Source: Octopus sinensis (lineage: Eukaryota). Taken from it: a stretch of 64,000 nucleotides of DNA. Below, in pieces: positions 1-11,897 of this stretch. A program made the translations under genes and the position numbers. The notes under the pieces were generated by a model that did not search any database, was not told the DNA's origin, and saw nothing but the letters and a program-made list of their open reading frames with translations. Each line of letters begins with the position of its first letter. Positions within the stretch are counted from its first letter, which is position 1. The DNA lies in contig NC_043006.1 of NCBI RefSeq assembly GCF_006345805.1, positions 90,086,001 to 90,150,000 of the forward strand. Reading direction: 5' to 3'.

Positions 1-2300
1 GCCTTGCATTAGTTTCTAATTAGGATTCACATCTGCATATTGGCTTTCGTATAATATTTTGTGCTATTTATGTTGTTTTCAGGAATAAAAGCTTTAGGTT
101 TTTCTTTTTATTTTTAGAAGCAGTTGTGAAGTGGTGATGTTTTTAACATAGTTGTGATATCAACAAATGTTTTTTTTTTTTTTATCTAACTTTGTTTTGT
201 TGTTTGTGATATCAAATGCTGCAAAGACACTTCTTCATAGAGATTTATGGTCAGCTGCCATGAAATGTGTGTGGGCACTTGGAAAATAACAAATGAGAAA
301 TAGACACAGCAGCATAAAAGAATCGGTAATAACAATCTTCATCAAAATCTAAATTTATGGCATCGATGAGATAACGAGCAGAAAGGTTCTTGAAATATTG
401 GTGCATTGAAAGTTTGTTGTTTCAAAACTAAACTTAAAAGACGTATAAGGAAATGCAGAAAAAGGCTCCAGGTGGAACACAATATATGCACACCCACCCA
501 CCTGTGTCTGTGTGTGTGTGTAGATAAAAAGTAAAAGTAGAAAACAGCAGGGAAGTATATTTAAAGATTCTTTTCACTTTTTTCTTCAATCAGACAGGAT
601 AAGTGTTTTTATATTTGTTACATTAAGTGACTTTAATAAAATATTATCGGTTCTGTTGTGTATGTCAATCTTATCAATTATTAGACATTTTTTAAGTAAA
701 AAATTAGAAAATAAAATTAAAAAATTAGAACCTAAAACAGTTTGCTCTCATATTCTGTAGGTTGTTAAGAATATTATTTATGTTGTTTATGCAATAGCTC
801 GGAATGGGGGTCAAGGAGTGAAGTGTCAAAATTTCTATTGAATTGAATAACAGATTTTAACACCATGGAGGAATTCTCGTTAGCTTAAATAATAAACTGC
901 GATAGGTGAACTGCGATATGGTGAGGGATTACTGTATAAATTCTTCAGACAGGGAATAAAATAATCATTTGATTCTCTGTCCAAAGAATTTCTAATAGGA
1001 GATATCTTACATGTTTCTACCACATGTTCAGTTTTGTAACTCCTATTAGCAAATGAAACACATGTAATGGTGAATAAATAATACCCAAAATTCTTTCCAT
1101 TCTCCAGTTTTGATTTGCTCTCTATTAAATATTTTCTAATATTTTTCAACTCTTCAGCATACATCTCACAAATGTGACACCTACAGACAACTTTAGAGTA
1201 CTGGAATGAGCAGATGTCCTTCAAGAGAACACAGCTTGAAATATAACCTTATCTGCATGTCTGCAAGACTTCCATGAGAACAAGAGGACAGTTTAGTTAA
1301 ATTCGAAGACTTGGAAGTACATTGTGACCACCAATGCATAACAACCTCTGACAGCCAGACAGATGCAGTGACACAGTGTGTGTGTGTGGTGTGAGGAAGG
1401 GTATCCAGCCATAAAATCCCTGCCAAAATACAGTGGAGCCTAGTACAGTGTTCAGTCTAGTCAGCTCCTTTCAAACTGTCCAACACATGCCAGCATGTAT
1501 GTATATATATATATATTAATATATATATTAATGTGCAAGTGGCTGAGCACTCCACATACATGTGTACCCTTAAAATATGTATATTAAAAGCATGTATATT
1601 GATGATGATGATGAGTGTGTGTGTGTGTTATACACTGGTTGAATTTGTGTAGAATTTTCTGACAAAAGTGTTAGCATGATTGAATTCCTCGAGAGTTTTA
1701 TGTAATTTTGATTTATTTATTGATTGACATACGGACAGACAGCTATTATCTTTCAGATAATGAATCACTCCATAGTATTTAGACTTTCATACATGGGTGA
1801 AACTTAGCAGGCAGAAAAGTGCATGAAATTATAATATTACACACACACGCACACACACCAATACCTACCCCCTACTAAAGCTTACTATTATACTTATATA
1901 TCTGTACATGCGGCTCACCTTATGTATATTGGAAAACAAGATATACTCCCATCCATGCACACACACACATACACATCCACCCCATCTTTCCTTCTTAATT
2001 CACCCCACTGAACTGCACTTCCACCTGGCCCCTAAGTCCTCACCCATGCTTTTCTATATTTTCTTTTTCTCTCTCTCTCTCACTTACTTCATATACCTCT
2101 TTTACTTTTCTTCTGATGAAAGACTGGCTTCTGAAGCTTAAAGACACTTTCCTGTCCTTACTAAGCATGGAACTAATACAATATTTGACAAAAAAACTCT
2201 CCTTCCTGTGTTGGCAGTTTTTCTTTTTGTTTTAATTCATTGTTGCCTTAATGCATGATTACATATATATGTGTATATATATATATATATATACATATAT

Positions 2301-2833
2301 ATTTGAGTAATTGAATGAATTATCTTATTAAGGATAATTCGAAAGATAACCGATATCTGGGTAGCAAATTCACATCAGAAAGAACACGGTTGAAGCTACG
2401 TCCCTAGGGCATAGACTACGTGTCTTCGTGCGGAAATTTGTATGTTTATTTTAAAATTTTAAGTATATGAAAGAATGGAGTTGAACGACTAGTTAACAAA
2501 TATCCTTTATTCTCGACATATGTTTCGAAGGCTGCATATTCCTAATTCCGAAGGAATAAGGAGTACATTATGCAGATTTCTCATCAGGAAAATCAAGGAA
2601 CTTATGTCGACATCAAAATGCACAAAAAACTTTTAGCTGACCGCTCTCAAGGAGCCCATGGTGATAATGAGTTTCTCTGTATAATGAGTGACGTCAGAGT
2701 GGCTGAATGTAGAAGAATCTAGAAGTTTCTAAAGGTTCAAGAGTTCAAATGAAGTAGGAGGAGGGAGGCATTAGAATAGTAAGGTGAGAGAGTGCAGGTC
2801 AAAAGATTGTACTGTACAACCTGTTGCTTACAT
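2301..2833 (-). mobile_element. Putative Penelope-like element 3' end / pseudo-LTR carrying HHR-B
   Basis: Non-simple sequence bounded by (TA)n tracts on both sides and containing an intact hammerhead. PLE assignment is inferred from the known HHR-PLE association. Confidence 0.55.
2503..2599 (-). ncRNA. Type I hammerhead ribozyme with extended stem II (HHR-B)
   Basis: Minus strand: stem I tccttgattttc / CTGATGA (2587-2581) / stem II gaa...ctgcata...tcct.attcc-ttc-ggaat.agga.tatgcag...ttc / GAAA C ATAT GTC / stem I' gagaataaagga (11 of 12 pairs). Predicted cleavage after GTC at 2515. Confidence 0.85.
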
Positions 2834-2867
2834 TATATATATATATATATATATATATACATACCAT

Positions 2868-3152
2868 CTGACTGGTGTACGTGTCGGTGACACGTAAAAG
2901 TACCAACCGATCGTGTCCGTTTGCCAGCCTCCTCTGGCCCCTGTGCCGGTGGCACGTAAAAAACACCCACTACACTCACGGAGTGGTTGGTGTTAGGAAG
3001 GGCATCTAGCTGAAGAAACACTGCCAAATCAGACTGGAGCCTGGTGGAGCCTTCTGGCTTCCCAGACCCAGGTCGAACCATCCAACCCATGCTAGCATGG
3101 AAATCAGATGTTAAACGATGATGTTGATGATGATGATGATGATGATGATGAT
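2868..3152 (+). mobile_element. RTE 3'-tail copy
   Basis: ggagtggttggtgttaggaagggcatc...catgctagcatgg...gttaaacgatg(gat)n, matching 36850-37132. Confidence 0.9.
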
Positions 3153-3888
3153 ATATGTCAGTGGCAACTCTGGCACTTGGGTTGTTAGAGCTGATCACAA
3201 GTATAAATTTGATAAAGTGAACGTATATTTGTAAGCCGATTTAATTTCTACCAACACTAACTTCAATAACTTGGGCTCCTACCATTGAACCTGGTTGCAG
3301 TTCATTTATATTCATTCAGTATCTGGCAGTCGTCTTAGAGGTGCCTTGTGTCAAAAAATATCATTCGTAGCAGACGTTCTTTCAACATCATTCGCACATG
3401 CCTGACTTGGGCTCAGAAGTTACAGCCAGAGTTGTTATCAATAATCCTAAAAAATTAAAGTAATTTAATTTCAATTTTTTTTTCTGGAAACAATAAATTT
3501 CTATAGAGATTAGGATTTAAATTCCAATCTATGAAAAGTTTCCATTCTACATTATTCTTAAAGGAACAAAAAATTCTCCGGCAACTCGGGCTAATACGAA
3601 CAAGCTTGGTAGGTGTCAAAGATGTCTCTTGCCAAGAGTACAAGCAACAATCAGATCATGGTTGTTTGTTATCATCTTTTGATTGCTGCTCTTCTGTGTG
3701 TCTGTGTGTAAAGATCAATTGTGTTTTGCAGGGTTGCTTTATTTTTACCCTTAACTTAGAAATGGAGAAAAAAAAAAGCCATTTGGTGTGAGAAATAAGG
3801 CGGGAAAAACATGAAATTCTTTGAGCAGGCATGTGTCTGATGCGAAATCTGTGATAAGCCCAAGTGACACTGATGACCTGTAGTCAAC

Positions 3889-3939
<51 letters not shown>

Positions 3940-4070
3940 CATGCATATACACTGAAATCAGTACTGAAAATGATATAATTATCTAGAGGACATTGAAGAT
4001 GATTTCCCAGTATGATTAGAGTCCAATAGCTGAAATCAGTAAAAGGATGCTCATATATATATATATATAT

Positions 4071-4463
4071 ACTCTCTTTACTCTCTCTTTTACTTATTTC
4101 AGTCATTTGACTGCAGCCATGCTGGAGCACCGCCTTTAGTCCAGCAAATCGACCCCAGGACTTATTCTTTGTAAGCCCAGTACTTAATCTATCGGTCCCT
4201 TTTGCCGAACCGCTAAGTGACAGGGACGTAAACACACCAGCATCGGTTGTCAAGCAATGCTAGGGGGACAAACACAGACACACAAACACACATACATATA
4301 TACATATATACGACAGGCTTCTTTCAGTTTCCGTCTACCAATCCACTCACAAGGCATTGGTCAGCCCGGAGCTATAGCAGAAGACACTTGCTCAAGATGC
4401 CACGCAGTGGGACTGAACCCGGAACCATGTGGCTGGTTAGCAAGCTACTTACCACACAGCCAC
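4071..4463 (-). mobile_element. Full-length tRNA-derived SINE (family S1, CORE-like)
   Basis: Minus strand: gtggctgtgtggtaag head, ccgggttcagtccc B box, catcttgagcaagtgtcttc core-like block, CA/TA microsatellite, tail ending gtaaaagagag. Partial copies near 8800-8945, 12235-12380, 44565-44690, 46875-47040, 48500-48740, 48915-49075, 55670-55815 and 57370-57520. Confidence 0.85.
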
Positions 4464-7085
4464 TCACACAAACATGAATATCAATATATTATAATCGAAA
4501 ATCTGGAAACTGACATAATTACAACTGCTCAAGTCATCATTATCATCATCATCTCAAAATATTCTTTCAAAAAATATAGAAAAGAATATAAAGCAAAAAT
4601 AATCAGATCTTAGTAAAAGAAAAAACACTGTTGAAAATTTTTCTATAACTACATTTTCATAAATTTAAGATTAACACTTCAAAATATAAAATTAATCATT
4701 TGCTGTATTCTTCAATTAAAATACGCCAGATCTCCAACATCTCTCAAGATTTCTCATTTTCTCCTTGTCCAATCAGAAGACAAACATTTAATCACTTCAC
4801 TTTTGCCAATAATTCGTTTGAAACAACTGTTTCCCCTTCTCCTTCCCCCCACTTCCCTGTACAGATGGGGCTACGAAATCTAGGTTGAAAATTAATATAA
4901 ACCAGCCTAGGAACAAAGGTTTTCATGCTATCCTATGGTTGCAACCATTTTTACCTCCAATTTCAAATTAAATTAAATCACATTTAATAAAAACATCAAG
5001 TGTAAAATTGTTTAATAGGACAAAACATTATAAAAGATCAGATGAGTTTGTTTTATATTTACAAATGTATCCTTTTGTTCAAATTACACTTGTCCTATAA
5101 AACAATGTGAAAGAGATGTACAGTGAGAAAGATAGATATCAGAGGTATGTATGGGTGTAGTGAGAAGGGGACAAAGTGAAGGGTAGGCTGAGAATGATAC
5201 TATAAAAGAGATGTGTTAAATATAAGGTAACAGCAGTTCTAAGATGTATTTCAGGGAATCACAGAAAAGGGTGACTGGAGGAAAACAACGTGGGTAAGGA
5301 TGATGTTGAGAATGAGAAAACTCACATTTTCTCTACATACTGAGTTCAATTCCCATTCAGGCCATTGATGCTTTTCCCTCCCTTTAGGGGTAAGTAAATT
5401 AGAGTACCAGTCAAATACTTGGGTCTATGCAATCAACTAACTCCCTTCTCTCTCAAATTACTGGTCTTGGCCTAAATTGAAATAATTATTAGATAATGAT
5501 GAAAAAAAGTCACCTTATAGCTTGGAACATGATATTTTACTGTCAGAAATATAATCATAACTAGTTATGTCTAGAGATCATCATCATTATTTAATGATGA
5601 TGAGGATGTATAGACAGGTTGACTTTAAAAAGAAAGAAAAAAGAAAAAAAGCCAAAATTAATATTTGAAGTTTGATTCAAAATTGAAAAGCCTTAGGATT
5701 GTTTGCCATCAAATATCTTGCTCTGATTCTCTACTAATTTCTGCCAAACTTTGCCGCCACCATATTTATCCTGGTGGTTGAAAAAGAAACAGCAAAATAA
5801 ATCACAAAAATATAAAACTTTGTACAGTTTTATCTGAGTGTCTACTAAACAAGAAAATAACAAAAGTACAGCAATTCCGATATGACAATGTAACAAAACC
5901 ACTTTAGAGAGTAAAAGTACAAAGTGTTGGTACATAGTTAATCTGATTAATTTAAATTGATCTCCGAATCTTACTTATGGAAGTCTCACATCTATCTATT
6001 TCCTTTGAAATAATTGAAAATGAAAAAATAAAAATAAAAATAAAAAATGTAAAGAAAAACAACAAATTAAATTAAATTCAACAGATAGGTATCTTGGTAA
6101 CGAGATGAAAATTATGATGTACAGGATAGCAGCAATGCAAAATGAAGAAGATGCAGTATGTAAGAAGAATTAGAAGAAAGGAAATCTAAACGAAATGGGA
6201 AACTGCTGCAGCCAGCATCATTGATGTTGTTTTACAATTCTGTATCCATCGTCTCTCATGCACATTCATGGCTGGACACTCATAACATGTTGAGATGGTG
6301 ATAGATCTGTTATATGAAAGACTTCACTGAACTGTGTGAAAACATAGAAGTTCACCTGAGCATTGTATACAATAAGTTCATTATTATTATTACTATTATT
6401 ATTATTTGGCCATCAGTTTCAGGAACGATTGACCACAGTTTCTGATTGGCATTTTAGTTAATTGATGATGGGGAAGATGGAAATCAAACCTGACCTTGGC
6501 AGCTTTTCAATTCACAGTATAAAATACTCAAACAAACACTGCAAATAATTTTGTATGAAGCATTAATTGTGATAGAATATTGCTTGGTTTATTCCAAAAC
6601 TGATCCTGGCTCCTGCAGTATTTCTTCTAATTTTCTCAAAGATTGGTAAATGTTGTCTACACAGCTGGTAAGTTCTACATTTCCCTAAGGAGGTCTAATG
6701 ATAATGAAACATGTCTAGAGTCATCCTCCCCTACTGACTAAACTTCTGTCTCCCTCCTCACCACTCTCAGTACCTTCATTTAGTTTTTAACCAATTTGGA
6801 TTTCACAGTGGTCTCCCTTACCTTTGTTCTTAAGAATCTCATCAACACTAATGGCTTCTCTCAGTAGTATGGATATAATATTGGCTGATTAATTTACAAA
6901 AAAAAATTTTTTTAGCTGACTTTATTAAGTTTGATTCACCTCCAACATATCTTAATCAGCAAGGCTGAATTTTCCTCCACCTGTGAACTTCAACCCCGTT
7001 AAAAATTTGAAAACTGTAACTATATTACCAATTCTCTCACCATCATTACTCACTGTGTATCTAAGAAAGGAATCAACTCATGATA

Positions 7086-7130
7086 CACACGGACCCGAGT
7101 TTCAAGGTGTTTACCTTTCATCAGCGTGTG
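7086..7130 (-). ncRNA. Minimal type I hammerhead ribozyme (HHR-A, inverted copy)
   Basis: Reverse complement reads cacacg CTGATGA aaggt-aaac-acctt GAAA C tcgg GTC cgtgtg. ACUCGGGU is self-complementary with two G-U wobbles. Confidence 0.9.
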
Positions 7131-7566
7131 ACAATCATGGTTGTCGACGAGAAGTCAGCTCTCTTCACAAATACATATACTTTTTCCAGTGTCGATTGAC
7201 ACTGATATTGAAAAAGTGAAATCAAACAATGAATATTTGAATATGGCTAGGTCCGTGTGTATCATGAGTTGAAGACGGGGAGGATGACTCCCCTTCACAG
7301 ATACTGAGAGGACACAGATAGTGTGTCTATAGCCAGCTGGAGGAGATATCTTCCTGGGGCTACAAACTACAGTAGCATCCACCCTTAGGGATTAGCCATA
7401 TTCAAATGGCAAATATGCGTCACGATGTGTTACCGCTACTGTTTATAACTCGCTCTGAGATTTATCATTGTTTGATTTCACTTTTTCAATATCAGTGTCA
7501 ATCGACACTGGAAAAAGTATATGTATTTGTGAAGGGAGCTGACTTCTTGTTGACAACCATGATTGT

Positions 7567-7611
7567 CACACGCTGATGAAAGGTAAACACCTTGAAACTT
7601 GGGTCCGTGTG
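7567..7611 (+). ncRNA. Minimal type I hammerhead ribozyme (HHR-A, sense copy)
   Basis: cacacg CTGATGA aaggt-aaac-acctt GAAA C ttgg GTC cgtgtg: perfect stems I and II and a 1-bp stem III. Stem I extends through catgat/atcatg. Predicted cleavage after 7605. Confidence 0.9.
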
Positions 7612-7846
7612 TATCATGAGTTGAAGACGGGGAGGATGACTCTCCTTCACAGATACTGAGAGGACACGGATAGTGTGTCTATAGCCAGCTGGAGGAGATA
7701 TCTTCCTGGGGCTACAAACTACAGTAGCATCCACCCTTAGGGGTTAGCCATATTCAAATGGCAAATATGCGTCACGATATATATATATATATGTATAGAT
7801 ATATATATATGTGTGTATATATATATAGCGTGGTCTTAATGTGCCA

Positions 7847-8512
7847 GTTACATGACGCTAGCATCAGCCATGACTACAATATCATTTGACTTGACGGGTC
7901 TTCTCAAGCCTGGCATATTGCCAAAGATCTCTGTCCCTTGTCATTGCCTCAATGTTGGGTTTCACAGAGGCAATGACAAGCAGCTGAGACCTTTCGTGAT
8001 ATGCCATGCTTGAGAAGACCCGTCAAGCCAAGTGAGATTGTAGTTATGGCTGATGCCAGTGTCACATAACAGACACATTAAAAGCACCCCTCAAACGTTG
8101 GGTGATCTGCTGTGCTTGTGAAGACCTGTCGAAGCCGAGTGAAATCAGTCATGGCCAATGCCAATGCTGTCTAACTGGCAGGTGGCATGTAAAAATCATC
8201 ATTCAAGTGTTGGGCCCCATGGAGGCAGTAACAGGTGACCAAGACCTTTGGTGATACACCATGCTTGTGTAGACCTGTCAAACCAAGTGAGACCGTAGTT
8301 GTGGCCGACGCTGGTGTCACGTCAATGGCACCCATGCCAGTGGCATGCAAAAACACCCACTACACTCTCATAGTGGTTGGCCTTAGGAAGGGCATCCAGC
8401 TGTAGAAACCTTGTCAAATCAGATCAGAACCTAGTGCAGTTCCCCAGCTTACCAGTTTTCAGTGAAACCGTCCAACCCATATCAGCATGGAAAATGGACG
8501 TTAAATGATGAC
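7847..8512 (+). mobile_element. RTE 3'-UTR copy preceded by an inverted 104-bp copy of its own 5' part
   Basis: 7847-7950 is the reverse complement of 7967-8070 (about 84%); the tail ends ggacgttaaatgatg. Confidence 0.85.
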
Positions 8513-8589
8513 AGTGATATATATGTATTTCTGTGTCTTACACACACACACAAACACACACATATCATCATCATAATCAGTATCACCAC

Positions 8590-8745
8590 CATCTTAATGT
8601 CCACTCTTCTGTGCATTCATCGGTTGGTGGAGTTTGTTGAGGAAGATATTTTATGGCTGGATGCTCTTCCTGTCACCAACCCTCACCTGTTTCCAGGCAA
8701 CACAATATCTTCCCTCTGGACCATATATGTCCTTGCATGTACATG
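8590..8745 (-). mobile_element. Second RTE-tailed short repeat (family S4)
   Basis: ttttatggctggatgctcttcctgtcaccaaccctcacctgtttcca block, also near 11945-12185, 55425-55630 and 60940-61130. Confidence 0.65.
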
Positions 8746-8754
8746 CAGATGCAC

Positions 8755-8801
<47 letters not shown>

Positions 8802-9364
8802 GGATGGGCTTCTTTTAGTTTCCATCTACCAAATCCACTCACAAGACTTTGGTTGGCTTGAGGCTATAATAGAAAACACTTGCCAAAGGTGCTGCACAGT
8901 GGGACTAAACCCAGAACCACTTAGTTGGGAATCAAACTTTTTACCAAAAAAAGAGATAGAGAAAAAGAGACATTGGTAGGCAGAGAGATAGGCAGGAAGC
9001 ATCTTCTGAGGATGAGGAAGTATGACTTATATAAATCTGAGAAATAGGAAAATCAAACTCTTTCCCATTGTGCTTGAACTCAAGATGTTAGAATAACTAA
9101 ACTAAAATACACAGTAAGACCAAAAGAAGGCAATGTATTAGTCAGCTTTCGGTTTTAGGGGAAATGTTTTGCAGCTCGAGGCTAGAATTATCAAAAGACT
9201 ACAAGAAGCATACATCAATGTAGACTTAGCTAAATCATGTAAATACCTAAAGTAAGATGCCAAATAATGGCAAAAAAAAAACAAGAAGAAAAAAATCTTC
9301 TCAAAATAAATATTGTATGTAATATACATACATCTGTGTTCATATAACTAAAGATATGAGTGTT

Positions 9365-9412
9365 TCAGTGTGTGTATGTATGAGTATGCACATGTAGCTG
9401 TGTGTGTATATA

Positions 9413-9444
<32 letters not shown>

Positions 9445-9527
9445 CACGTGTGTGTGTATATGTATGTATATATATATAGTATATATATATATATATATGC
9501 ATATATGTATGCATATATGTATGCATA

Positions 9528-9571
<44 letters not shown>

Positions 9572-9712
9572 TATATGTATGCATATATACATATATATAT
9601 ACATGCATTTATGTATAGGTAAGTGTCCATGTGGGTGTGTGTATATATGTATGCATATATATGTGTATGTATATATATATACATATGTGTGTGTGTGTAT
9701 ATATATGTATGA
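9365..9712. repeat. Compound (TA)n/(TG)n/TATGCA microsatellite field
   Basis: Read directly; it generates the many Y/I/M/H-rich spurious ORFs. Similar fields at 18346-18470 (CATA)n, 10000-10340 (GAT/CAA/TAT)n and 27830-27920 (24-bp unit x3). Confidence 0.95.
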
Positions 9713-10760
9713 AAATTAAATACCCACATATGGCAACATGTATATACACGTACCCATGTCAAAGGAAATATACATGTGATTCACACAGACAAATGATAGA
9801 GACTTTTTTGGGGTAAAAGAAAAAGAACACACACACAAACACACATATATAGACACATGTGCATAGCACACGCACACACATTTATATACCGTTTCTTATT
9901 ATAGTGAATTATATTATATACACCCACACAGACTGTCAGCTATATGCAAACATTGAAATATGCAACAATGAGGGGTGGGGGTGAGTCAAGTAGATGTTGC
10001 TGCTATTGATGATGATGATGATGACGACGACGATGATGATGAAGATGTAAATTTCCATATGTGAAAGCAGTAAATGAATAGATATATGGATAAAGGCCTT
10101 TCCTTTACTCTTTTTTTCTTTACCCCAGTCAAATTTCCTAAAAGCAAACAGACAACAACAACAATAACGACAACGAAGACAACACTGATGATGATGATGA
10201 TGATGATAATGATGATGGCGACGATGACAATGGTGATGATGATTGTAATAATATTCCCATGTACCAATGAAAGAAATCAATAAAATAACAATGCCATTAT
10301 TACCATTATTATTATTATTGTTGTTGTTGTTGTTGTTGTTTGTAGTAGTAGTAGTAGTAAGAAGAAAATCAACAAGCCAGCATTGTTGAGAAAAAAAGTT
10401 GTATCAAAGTTATAAATAATAAAGAGAAATAAAACAGCAACAGCAGCAACAACAATAACCAGGTCTGACAGAGTTGGAAACTCTTTGTAGCCCAATTCTT
10501 CATCTTCTGTGAGAAAAGTCAATGAAATATTGAAATATTTTGAGGTAGATCAAGGGGAAAAACAGCGCCAACAAATACCAATTCCAACTCAGATTTAACA
10601 TGACAAACAAACAAGTGTAACAATACGAGCAATAACAAAAAAAATGTCACAAGTAATTATTCTTGGAGCAACAAAAGAACGGAAGAGAATAAACGATTTG
10701 TATGTAAGTGGAACTAATTATGGCACTGATAGGTGAGATAACAGGATATCTATCTATCTA

Positions 10761-10796
<36 letters not shown>

Positions 10797-11838
10797 TGTA
10801 TGCATATATATACCCCTTCGTGTCTATAATGATCAGAAGTAAGAGAAAAATAAAAACAGAGACGATTATGTGTAGGTTACAAGTTCTTCTCCAATAGGCT
10901 TTATTTATTTATTTTTTTTCCCTGTGATTTAAAAACCAATAGGAAAAAAAAAACATTCATTGCTTGTGACTGTTATTGATATAAAGGTTGAACCAATGAA
11001 TGACAGACTACAAAATATTGATTAATAAACACACACACATGAATATATATATATATATCCATATATATATATGGATACATACATACATACACATTTACAC
11101 ATACAAATAACAAATATATGTGTATAAGTAAATACATACACACATATATACAAATATATATACACTTCTACATATATGTATATATATATACATACATACG
11201 CACACACATATACACCTGCACAGAAATGTTGTCATTAAAAATTCTTGTTATTTATTTCCTGTTATTGTCCTATTTTTAGTCTTTCTTACATTTAACTCTT
11301 TGTAAACACACCTAAGGCAGTATCTTTCATGTAAAACAAATATTCTAAACTGACCTCACTTGCAACCACCTCTAAAAAAATTCCTGCAGCCTCACCTTCA
11401 TTTCTTGTAGTTTTAGTCGTTTTCTATCCGTACCTTCAGGCATGCAGTAATCATTTCTGTAAACATGGATTGGGGGAATAAAAAAAACAAAGAGAGAGAC
11501 AGAAGGAAAGCAAAAAAGAAAAAGAAGAACAAACCAGCCCTCAACGTTTTGTTGAAAATCAGTGACAACAACAGGGAAGGAAATGGCCGAAAGCAATCCG
11601 ACAATAGCTATAATCATCATTAAGAGATTAATCTTTACCAAGTCTAAATGAAGACGTGCAGTTTGTTCCTATTAAGGTATTTCAGTTTTATGGATGGAAT
11701 TTGAAATCAAAATAGTATTTTTAAAAATTTGTTTTATATTTTTGAAGAAAAAGAAATAAATGCCTCATCTAAAGGTTAAGTGATAGGCAATGATAGTAAC
11801 AGAAAAAAAAACACTCCTTCTCTCTCTCTCTCTCTCTT

Positions 11839-11897
<59 letters not shown>

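Larger units (their letters stand above)
7073..7778 (+). mobile_element. Hammerhead-bearing retroelement (Penelope pseudo-LTR or non-LTR retrozyme): 5'-inverted segment plus 1.5 tandem copies of a 352-bp unit
   Basis: 7073-7232 is the reverse complement of 7465-7624. 7250-7426 is repeated directly at 7602-7778 (offset 352). The element ends in (TA)n at 7779. Confidence 0.8.

Noticed and set aside
4400-4463. tRNA-like A/B box sequences here and in other SINE heads
   Set aside because: They continue into SINE bodies and lack a full cloverleaf, so they are not tRNA genes.
9340-9816. Many overlapping Y/I/H/M/V/C-rich ORFs (also near 19.7-20.1, 34.0-34.5, 37.1-37.5, 38.7-39.5 and 44.1-44.4 kb)
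   Set aside because: They are translations of TA/CA/TG microsatellites, which lack stop codons in some frames.
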